From a virus, in the IMG/VR virus record IMGVR_UViG_3300045988_112188, positions 1-13,257 of that record: a stretch of DNA of 13,257 nt; one strand, 5' to 3'. Shown here piece after piece: positions 1 to 5,632 of the stretch. The first letter of the stretch is position 1, and each line of letters opens with the position of its first letter. Both the position numbers and the translations under genes were made by a program. The notes beneath the pieces are model-generated. The model saw only the letters and a program-made list of their open reading frames with translations. It made no database searches and was not told the DNA's origin.

Positions 1-170
1 ACCACCCAGTCTGTCCGCGGCGAACGCACACGAAACACAAACATATGTTCGAAATGGCTTCGCTCCCTCCGGTCGCTCCGCCCATGAGTTAGTAGCATTT
101 AACTCTGACGGGAACAAAGTTAGTTCCAACTAACTCACTCGCGAAAAAAGAGGGCAACCGAAGTCACCCT
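1..170. repeat. Left inverted terminal repeat (ITR), 170 bp
   Basis: Bases 1-170 equal the reverse complement of 13088-13257 except at left-arm positions 78, 105, 106, 126 and 148. The first 77 nt are identical, and homology stops abruptly at 171/13087. It is visibly more GC-rich than the genome body. Long ITRs with a protein-primed polymerase gene are typical of linear TP-capped genomes. Confidence 0.95.
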
Positions 171-172
171 CT
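144..172 (-). terminator. Intrinsic terminator of the leftward operon, inside the left ITR
   Basis: The minus-sense RNA reads AGAGGGUGAC-UUCG-GUUGCCCUCU. This is a 10-bp stem including two G.U pairs with a UUCG tetraloop, followed by UUUUUU. It lies 10 nt after the stop of the last leftward ORF (182). Confidence 0.75.
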
Positions 173-181
173 CACAGAAAA

Positions 182-340
182 TCACTTTTCAATTTCTTTT
201 CTAAGTTCTATATCATATCTAAGAAGTTCTGCACAAACACTCACAAGAAGTTTGTCTAACTCTTCATTAGTTTTTACATATGTCATAGCGTCAATAGTTT
301 CTTTCAATTTATCCCTAGCGTTGTAAACTTTCAAGTTCAT
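182..340 (-). CDS. Hypothetical small protein, 52 aa (below the ORF-track length cutoff)
   Basis: Hand translation gives ATG at 340 to TGA at 184-182: MNLKVYNARDKLKETIDAMTYVKTNEELDKLLVSVCAELLRYDIELRKEIEK. A GAGAGG lies 10 nt upstream of the ATG. The ORF overlaps the polymerase 3' end by 26 nt, fills the otherwise empty gap between the polymerase and the terminator, and is predicted helical. I recognise no family. Confidence 0.35.
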   Translation of the reverse strand: MNLKVYNARDKLKETIDAMTYVKTNEELDKLLVSVCAELLRYDIELRKEIEK

Positions 341-2444
341 ATCTTTTTAACCTCTCATTCTCTAAAAATTCATTCCAATTTCCAACAGATGCCAGAATAT
401 ACATATATTCAGCCGATAAACCGATCTCATATGTTGATTCTCGTAGCACAACATTTGAACGAATTTCAATTCTATGTTCTGGTGAATCATCCGTATAGTA
501 AGTTCCATAATCACAGTCATTGTAGACTGATTCCAACTTACCCGTATCACGGAATATGAAGCCAACATTGAAGTTCTCGATTTTTCCCATTTCTCTTGCT
601 CCTGATTTCTTCGGTACTCCCGCAATTGTAATTTTAAATTGTCCATCTTCATCAACATATGCATACTTTTTCGCTCCTAACGTTTTAAATTGTTTATATG
701 TTTCTTCATATTCATACACACCTAAGTAGTGTGTAACGCCTTTCTTATCATCGGCATATCCCTTATTTGAAATACTGAGTTCTTTAAGTTCTTGATTATA
801 TTCTTCTATTTTCTGAATAATTCTTTCATAATCATCACGAACAAGGAACTTGACAGAATCAGTGTCGCAATATACAAAATTATCTCCAACAATGTTTATC
901 ATCTCTTTCAGCTTTAATCTCGCCCAGGCAGTCACCCAGCAACCCCATGCATAAAGAAGAAATGCTTTTTTGTTGTATTTCTCAAGTTTTTCACCTATGT
1001 CCGCGATTTCTTCAAGTTTAAATGCTTGTTCTGGTTCGTCCATGTATATTATATCTGGCTTGACAGGGTTCTGAGCGCACATTCCATACAGTGAGTTGAT
1101 TAATTCCTTACTCCGCATATAGTTTAGTTCTTGCCCCTCGACATTCTTGAGTGATGTTTTCTTGTGAAACAAGTCAATGACCAGATCCCTAAATGCCCGC
1201 GGTAAATACTCGTATTTTGCAATATACACTTGACTAATCTCGACTTCACCAACATATTCACTCTTGACTATCTTCCAATCAATATCATTAAACACATACA
1301 CAGCCTTATCAGCACTCAGTACCCTACCATTATCAACAACTTGACCACTTATCTCAACAGCCTTGTCAAGACTGAGGTATGGTGCACCATAGTATATATC
1401 CCTCTGTTGTAGATGTGTGATAGTGAACACAGCAATGAAACAACAATCTCTGACTTTGCATTTCCGTTCGAGTTCTTCTATGTCAGTTATCATTCTCGGT
1501 GTGAATGCACTCATAGGGAATCTATAATTAAGCATAACATCTGGATAGCTACTTGCCCTATCAAAACTTGCCACGTTTTCAAGTATCTGATTAACATGAT
1601 ACCTATTAGCGTGTGTATCACCACCACGAAATTCGAGTCTTAACAGTCTATACACATCTTCATTGCACATCATGGCGTGAAGCTGATTATAGTTGTATGA
1701 CCTCATTGCATTCTTAGCAAGCCGTCTGACATATCCCGTAGAGGTAAGTGGTAACGAATAGAGTGTGTCATTTTCCATTTTCATTCGTACCCTCATAGCT
1801 TCAAGTAGACCAACAACGTCATTACAGCAATAGTGCAATTCCTCTTGTGTCATTTCAGTCCATGGGAAACGTTTCTTAGAGTAGTCAAAAATAACCCCAC
1901 TGAGCTTCTGATGCGCAACACCCATGTCTTTTGTAAATGCGTCAAGGCTTTTGTTAGTCTGTATATAAGAACAGCGGAACTGTATTCCGTCAATGTCTGC
2001 TCTCACAACCTTTCGTGACTTGAGTGAGAATACCTTGTCTTTCATAAAGGGAAGCCAATGTCTCAAGAACTGAAATTCATAACTCAAGTTATGCACCCAT
2101 ATCATTATGGTGATACCGTCATGGTAGAAGCTGTTTAGCAACTCAATAAACTCATCCCATGTCCTACCAAAACAATACCAGATATTATCTGTTCTCAAGT
2201 CCATTACAGCGAATTGCCATATATACATTATACTCTGTTCGATTTCGTCCAGATATGTAGTCTCAATGTCAAAAGCACACATACAGTTACGAAATAATGT
2301 CTTGTCAACTTTCTTCCGTCTGTTGTAGTTTCTGGCAATCGGGATACCTCTGATAATATCAGAAAGATACTCTCTTTGGACTTCTTTTACGAAATTCTGA
2401 TTCAAAATCTCTATACCTCTCAATAATCTTTTCTGGTTTCTCAT
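315..2444 (-). CDS. Protein-primed family B DNA polymerase (phi29 gp2-type)
   Basis: All signature motifs are present. ExoI is FDIETT. ExoII is NLSYEFQFL. ExoIII is YCCNDVVGL. Motif A is DRASSYPDVM (Dx2SLYP type). Motif B is KELINSLYG. Motif C is YCDTDS. The KxY motif is GAKKYAY. The start is uncertain: ATG 2444 has no good SD and overlaps the upstream ORF by 86 nt. The next in-frame ATG (residue 55, MCAFDIETT) is also conceivable. Confidence 0.95.
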   Translation of the reverse strand: MRNQKRLLRGIEILNQNFVKEVQREYLSDIIRGIPIARNYNRRKKVDKTLFRNCMCAFDIETTYLDEIEQSIMYIWQFAVMDLRTDNIWYCFGRTWDEFIELLNSFYHDGITIMIWVHNLSYEFQFLRHWLPFMKDKVFSLKSRKVVRADIDGIQFRCSYIQTNKSLDAFTKDMGVAHQKLSGVIFDYSKKRFPWTEMTQEELHYCCNDVVGLLEAMRVRMKMENDTLYSLPLTSTGYVRRLAKNAMRSYNYNQLHAMMCNEDVYRLLRLEFRGGDTHANRYHVNQILENVASFDRASSYPDVMLNYRFPMSAFTPRMITDIEELERKCKVRDCCFIAVFTITHLQQRDIYYGAPYLSLDKAVEISGQVVDNGRVLSADKAVYVFNDIDWKIVKSEYVGEVEISQVYIAKYEYLPRAFRDLVIDLFHKKTSLKNVEGQELNYMRSKELINSLYGMCAQNPVKPDIIYMDEPEQAFKLEEIADIGEKLEKYNKKAFLLYAWGCWVTAWARLKLKEMINIVGDNFVYCDTDSVKFLVRDDYERIIQKIEEYNQELKELSISNKGYADDKKGVTHYLGVYEYEETYKQFKTLGAKKYAYVDEDGQFKITIAGVPKKSGAREMGKIENFNVGFIFRDTGKLESVYNDCDYGTYYTDDSPEHRIEIRSNVVLRESTYEIGLSAEYMYILASVGNWNEFLENERLKRYELESLQR

Positions 2445-2865
2445 CCGAGTGTTCTAAAAATATGTCTACTGCCTTGTCGCTGTCATAGATAATATCTTGT
2501 GAATGTTCTCTTACTTTTTCCATGAACTCATAGAATTTTGATGCCTGTCGATAGTTCTTAAAGTAGTTAGTACCAAAAGTTTCATTAAGACGTTTTACAG
2601 CTTTTTTTCTTGCGCGTTTTCTCTCAGCAATAACGAAAGTCTTATTTTTCAGTGCCGCTTCTGCTTCACGGATTGCCAATTCCAGATTTCTTTTAGAACC
2701 AACCTTAGACACACTAGGTATTCTAGGCTCTATATATGCTTTAGCTTTCTCTACATCTCTAGCGTAAGCACTTTTAGATACTTTCTCAATCTGTCCTACC
2801 AGTTTCTTTCTCAACTCTCTATACTTGACTTCAAGCTGTATTCTACTTGCAGATTTCTTTGCCAT
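2359..2865 (-). CDS. Putative terminal protein (assigned by position immediately upstream of the polymerase); basic 168-aa protein
   Basis: The ORF-track start at 2874 is a GTG only 1 nt after the AGGAG. The ATG at 2865 (MAKKSAS...) sits 10 nt after the AGGAG and is preferred. The N-terminal two thirds are Lys/Arg-rich and helical, and the C-terminal third is acidic and rich in Ser/Tyr/Asp (IIYDSDKAVDIF...). In phi29-type genomes the TP gene directly precedes the polymerase gene on the same strand. I recognise no sequence motif, so the function is inference. Confidence 0.5.
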   Translation of the reverse strand: MAKKSASRIQLEVKYRELRKKLVGQIEKVSKSAYARDVEKAKAYIEPRIPSVSKVGSKRNLELAIREAEAALKNKTFVIAERKRARKKAVKRLNETFGTNYFKNYRQASKFYEFMEKVREHSQDIIYDSDKAVDIFLEHSDEKPEKIIERYRDFESEFRKRSPKRVSF

Positions 2866-3016
2866 ATTTTCCACACTCCTTATTTAAGAGGGAGAGTATA
2901 ACGTTCTCCCTCAATACAATCATTAACGTGTTACTTCTTGACGTTCCCAACTTTTCAGCTAGTGAATCAAGGTTACTTAATATTCTTTCGTCGAAGTTAA
3001 TGCTCACTGTTTTCAT
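2843..3016 (-). CDS. Ribbon-helix-helix (Arc/CopG/MetJ-type) DNA-binding protein, 57 aa
   Basis: The ATG at 3016 lies 7 nt after AGGAG (the track start at 3043 is a TTG). MKTVSINFDERILSNLDSLAEKLGTSRSNTLMIVLRE fits the beta-strand/helix/helix RHH pattern. It overlaps both neighbours, which suggests translational coupling. Confidence 0.7.
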   Translation of the reverse strand: MKTVSINFDERILSNLDSLAEKLGTSRSNTLMIVLRENVILSLLNKECGKYGKEICK

Positions 3017-3287
3017 GTTCATACTCCTTTGTATCAATAACAAGTTCGCAATCTGATGTTAAATTATCAATAAATGGTTCATCCCATTCATCTTCTCCTT
3101 GTATTTCGTCAAATGGCATTAACATATCATCTTCTATGAGTTCAGCGAAAATTTTACGAAACTGTTCAACAACATTTCCTATATATAAATCCAGATTATT
3201 AAATGACCTGTAAAATGCTTTTACTGTGATACCATCGGTGGCGAACAAAATATTGTTTCCGTTAGTTTCTTTAAAATATATCTTCAT
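2997..3287 (-). CDS. Hypothetical acidic early protein, 96 aa
   Basis: AGAGGAG lies 6 nt before the ATG at 3287. Of the last 49 residues, 19 are D/E and only one is K. I recognise no family. Confidence 0.65.
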   Translation of the reverse strand: MKIYFKETNGNNILFATDGITVKAFYRSFNNLDLYIGNVVEQFRKIFAELIEDDMLMPFDEIQGEDEWDEPFIDNLTSDCELVIDTKEYEHENSEH

Positions 3288-3367
3288 TTCTTTCTCCTCT
3301 CGTCCAGACCAAATATAACCATACCTAACATATAACCTATTGTGATACCTAAAATTAAAAGACTCAT
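3284..3367 (-). CDS. Micro-ORF encoding a 27-aa single-pass membrane peptide (not in the ORF track)
   Basis: Hand translation gives MSLLILGITIGYMLGMVIFGLDERRKK, a hydrophobic helix with a basic tail. Its ATG overlaps the stop of the upstream gene (ATGA at 3367-3364). Its stop overlaps the ATG of the downstream gene (ATGA at 3287-3284). It therefore exactly fills the gap between two genes, and AAGGTGA lies upstream. Confidence 0.45.
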   Translation of the reverse strand: MSLLILGITIGYMLGMVIFGLDERRKK

Positions 3368-3597
3368 TTTATAATCACCTTAAAATCAATATTTGTAATA
3401 TCATCCTCCCACATACTAGCTGATAACATACCCTCATTATCCTTGATGTAAATGGTGTAGCCCGTGTTATCCTTTTTAAATTCCAGACTGCTGTAGTCAA
3501 CGTAGAAACGAAGATAATTAACTCTTAATGCTAATGTGTGATAATCCTTAGTGTTTTCAAGTTCCTCTAATTTTTTTCTTATTTCCTGTTTACTCAT
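3364..3597 (-). CDS. Hypothetical protein, 77 aa, first gene of the leftward operon
   Basis: AAGGAG lies 7 nt before the ATG at 3597. The gene sits directly downstream of the leftward promoter. I recognise no family. Confidence 0.65.
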   Translation of the reverse strand: MSKQEIRKKLEELENTKDYHTLALRVNYLRFYVDYSSLEFKKDNTGYTIYIKDNEGMLSASMWEDDITNIDFKVIIK

Positions 3598-3640
3598 TTT
3601 TAATCTCCTTATTATTTAGCTAGTTTCCTGTTACAAGTAT

Positions 3641-3669
3641 ATAATACCACGCTTATTGCTGAATGTCAA
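3641..3669 (-). promoter_or_regulatory. Leftward sigma-A/sigma-70-type promoter
   Basis: On the minus strand there is a -35 TTGACA (3669-3664), a 17-nt spacer, and a -10 TATTAT (3646-3641) preceded by TGg (extended -10). It lies about 45 nt upstream of the first leftward gene. Confidence 0.75.
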
Positions 3670-3690
3670 CAACCAATTCGAAAAAAATTG

Positions 3691-3719
3691 CTGACAAACC
3701 AAAAATATTATGCTATTAT
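3691..3719 (+). promoter_or_regulatory. Rightward sigma-A/sigma-70-type promoter
   Basis: There is a -35 CTGACA (3691-3696), a 17-nt spacer, and a -10 TATTAT (3714-3719) preceded by TGc (extended -10). Its -35 box is 21 bp from the -35 box of the leftward promoter, so the two are back to back. Confidence 0.65.
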
Positions 3720-3724
3720 AATAA

Positions 3725-3741
3725 TGTACTCAAGAAGTACA
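3725..3741. promoter_or_regulatory. Inverted repeat TGTACT-N5-AGTACA at the predicted rightward transcription start (operator or 5' stem-loop candidate)
   Basis: The 6-bp arms are at 3725-3730 and 3736-3741. The element begins 6 nt after the -10 box. Confidence 0.35.
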
Positions 3742-3781
3742 CAGAAACGACACTATAATAAGAAAAAGGAGTGAAAACAAA

Positions 3782-4090
3782 ATGGTTAGAACTATTACAA
3801 CCACAGTGATGAATCTGTACTATAAAGAACAGGATTCAGACGAGATCAAAGTAGCAACACGTGAGTTTGTTGGAACGGCATGGACTCAGACAAAAATGTA
3901 TAATGATATGAAAAAAGATGAACTTGTTCCGGCAGGTGCGACTGTAGAAAACATCACGACAGAAACAAAATTCTGCACATATCATCTGACAGATGAAAAC
4001 TTCATCAAGGCGGCGATCAAGGAACTCGAAGACAGCAGAGTACCATCAGAACCGACAGAAGAAGCAGATATGAAACCCGTAGTGGATTAA
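3782..4090 (+). CDS. Putative phi29 p6-like histone-like dsDNA-binding protein, 102 aa
   Basis: AAGGAGTG lies 8 nt before the ATG. RTITTTVMNL, REFVGTAWTQTKMYNDMKK and an acidic C-terminal tail resemble the phi29 p6 layout as I recall it (ITKTTVNV, ETFVGNLTMEQAQWRMKRK, acidic tail), and the size matches. The similarity is recalled from memory and needs a profile search. Confidence 0.4.
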   Translation: MVRTITTTVMNLYYKEQDSDEIKVATREFVGTAWTQTKMYNDMKKDELVPAGATVENITTETKFCTYHLTDENFIKAAIKELEDSRVPSEPTEEADMKPVVD

Positions 4091-4133
4091 CATTGCGCAC
4101 AGCTTTTCGATCACTATTATAATCACTAATAAC

Positions 4134-4148
4134 GTTCACGTGAAACAT
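4134..4148. promoter_or_regulatory. Palindromic motif copy 1 (GTTCACGTGAAACAT, core TTCACGTGAA)
   Basis: Its reverse complement ATGTTTCACGTGAAC is identical over 15/15 nt to 8010-8024. The 10-bp core is a perfect palindrome. Confidence 0.6.
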
Positions 4149-4170
4149 CACATATATGTTTATCAAGTTA

Positions 4171-4188
4171 ATGTTTCATGTGAAACAT
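4171..4188. promoter_or_regulatory. Palindromic motif copy 2 (ATGTTTCA-TG-TGAAACAT)
   Basis: It has perfect 8-bp inverted arms. It lies 40 bp centre to centre from copy 1 and 13 nt upstream of the AGGAG of the 4214 gene. It shares TTAATGTTTCAyGTGAA..CATG with copy 3. Confidence 0.6.
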
Positions 4189-4213
4189 GAACAAAGAAAA
4201 AAGGAGAAATAAC

Positions 4214-4567
4214 ATGAACATTATTAAAACAAATATTGCAGATGATGATTGGACTATGGATTTATCGTATGATATGTTTGAATCACCTGACCGGCTTCGT
4301 GGCTTAGATCTCAAGGGAGAGCAGGTACACATTGACAAGTATTGTCTCTATGAAGAAGACAACATGAATGGTGATACAGTGAGGGTTCTCACAGTTTCAA
4401 CCACTGAGGGACATGTATTCGCTACTACATCAGCGGCGTTTGTACGCACATTCGACAGAATCATGGAACTTGCGAAAAAATGTGGTGTCACAAATGTTTG
4501 TGTTGAAATTGTAGCAGAACGTAGCAAGAACAACCGTGAATACATTACTGCAAAATATGTCAAGTAA
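4214..4567 (+). CDS. Putative phi29 p5-like single-stranded DNA-binding protein, 117 aa
   Basis: The ATG at 4214 is 7 nt after AGGAG, whereas the track start at 4187 lies inside palindrome copy 2. VLTVSTTEGHVFATTSAAFVRTFDRIMEL...VCVEIVAERSKNNREYITAKY resembles the C-terminal half of phi29 p5 as I recall it (...FAADGSLYSAISKTVAEAASDLIDLV...KVKVVQGTSSKGNVFFSLQL), and the size is similar. The similarity is recalled from memory. Confidence 0.4.
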   Translation: MNIIKTNIADDDWTMDLSYDMFESPDRLRGLDLKGEQVHIDKYCLYEEDNMNGDTVRVLTVSTTEGHVFATTSAAFVRTFDRIMELAKKCGVTNVCVEIVAERSKNNREYITAKYVK

Positions 4568-5621
4568 GAAGAAATCCAACCTGTACACAGCACAGGGATA
4601 CCTAAATATTAGAGGGATAGTTGAAAATGGCTATCCCTTTAATTTTATTTGGGGAGGCAGAGGTACAGGAAAGACATATGGTGGTCTGAAATATGCCTTA
4701 GAAGAACACAAGACCTTTATGTATTCTAGAACAAAACAGACTCAACTTGACAAAATCAAAAACAAAGAACTATCTCCACTTAAACCTCTTAATGATGATC
4801 TAGGTTACAACATACAGCCTTACGCCATTAATAACATTGCGGGATATTATCATACATCAGAAGATGAAGATGGTAAAACAACACCAGTGGGAAAACCTGT
4901 AGGCTATGGATCGGCTATCACCACACTGTCAAACTTACGTGGTTTTTCAGCAGAGGACGTTTCTCTATGGATATGGGACGAATTCATTCCACAGAAAGGT
5001 GATAGAGTTCCTAGAGGAATAGCAGAATCATTCCTGCATGGTTATGAAACCATGAACCGAAACAGGGAGTTGAAAGGACTACCGCCGCTACAGGTGCTAT
5101 GCTTCTCGAACTCAGACAATGTAGGCTGTGAACTGTTCGCCAGTCTAGGACTTATCCGCAAAGTCGCGGATATGTCACGGAAAAGACAGGAAACAGCTTT
5201 CCTCAAGTCAAGAGGCATCGCTTTATATAACTTATGTAATAGTCCTATCTCACAGGCGAAAAAAGAAACAGCACTCTATAAGATGGTAGGCGAACACAGC
5301 GGCTTTTCTCAAATGGCTTTAGGAAATGAATTCTATGATACTGACTATTCGGATGTAAGATCGCAAAACCTATCAGAATATCTTCCGTTAGTATTTTTCG
5401 AAGAAATCGCAATCTATGAACACAAGTCCTCAGATATGCTCTATGTGTGCAAGCATAAACAGGGTACGCCAATTCGAACATTTACAGGAATAAACGAAAA
5501 GAACATCAAAGCCTTTAAACGGTACTATTCATGGATATGGAATGTAAATTATCTCGAAGACAAAATCTTTTTCGAGGACATAGAATCTAAATTTCTACTT
5601 GACAGCTATTTTCATATGTAG
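4557..5621 (+). CDS. DNA packaging (encapsidation) ATPase, phi29 gp16-type
   Basis: Walker A is GGRGTGKTYG. Walker B is LWIWDEFI. MNRNRE and CFSNSDNV match the phi29 gp16 pattern (GARGIGKSY, IVFDEFI, RNRER, LSNA). The start is either the ATG at 4557 (overlapping the upstream stop) or the GTG at 4536, and neither has a strong SD. Confidence 0.9.
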   Translation: MSSKKKSNLYTAQGYLNIRGIVENGYPFNFIWGGRGTGKTYGGLKYALEEHKTFMYSRTKQTQLDKIKNKELSPLKPLNDDLGYNIQPYAINNIAGYYHTSEDEDGKTTPVGKPVGYGSAITTLSNLRGFSAEDVSLWIWDEFIPQKGDRVPRGIAESFLHGYETMNRNRELKGLPPLQVLCFSNSDNVGCELFASLGLIRKVADMSRKRQETAFLKSRGIALYNLCNSPISQAKKETALYKMVGEHSGFSQMALGNEFYDTDYSDVRSQNLSEYLPLVFFEEIAIYEHKSSDMLYVCKHKQGTPIRTFTGINEKNIKAFKRYYSWIWNVNYLEDKIFFEDIESKFLLDSYFHM

Positions 5622-5627
5622 TACAAT
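5599..5627 (+). promoter_or_regulatory. Consensus-like promoter embedded in the 3' end of the ATPase gene
   Basis: There is a -35 TTGACA (5599-5604), an exactly 17-nt spacer, and a -10 TACAAT (5622-5627). The predicted start at about 5633-5635 coincides with the first base pairs of the structured element. Confidence 0.6.
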
Positions 5628-5632
5628 GTTTG

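Noticed and set aside
1-170. ITRs as the ends of a transposon, casposon/polinton-like element or linear plasmid rather than a phage
   Set aside because: The interior encodes a complete capsid, portal, tail and packaging module of phi29 type. It has no transposase, integrase or Cas1, and I see no target-site duplication context because the window ends at the repeats.
362-2018. ORFs at 362-664 (-), 1230-1412 (+), 1413-1643 (+) and 1833-2018 (+) inside the polymerase gene
   Set aside because: All are embedded in the motif-verified polymerase ORF, either in an alternative frame or antisense. They lack SD sequences and have odd composition. They are chance ORFs in AT-rich DNA.
2847-3056. Plus-strand 69-aa ORF
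   Set aside because: It is antisense to the RHH gene and to the neighbouring gene junctions, which have clear SD sites and coupled overlaps. It has no RBS of its own.
3754-3759. Second rightward promoter using the TATAAT at 3754-3759
   Set aside because: There is no acceptable -35 element at 16-18 nt (TCAAGA/CAAGAA at best) and no TG extension. It is probably a chance AT-rich hexamer in the 5' leader.
4093-4123. Possible promoter TTGCGC-16-TATTAT(AAT) upstream of palindrome copy 1
   Set aside because: The -35 box matches only 3 of 6 positions. It remains possible as a weak or activator-dependent promoter, but the sequence alone does not support calling it a feature.
4187-4213. Upstream start codons proposed by the ORF track (also 8010, 9271, 5750, 2874 and 3043)
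   Set aside because: Each extended start is a GTG/TTG or an ATG with no correctly spaced SD. Each lies inside a palindromic motif, inside the SD itself, or inside the preceding gene. A downstream ATG/TTG with a well-spaced AGGAG/GGTGA exists in every case.
4348-5481. Minus-strand ORFs at 4348-4593 and 5245-5481
   Set aside because: They are antisense to the p5-like gene and the Walker-motif ATPase gene. They have no RBS, and no leftward promoter serves this region.
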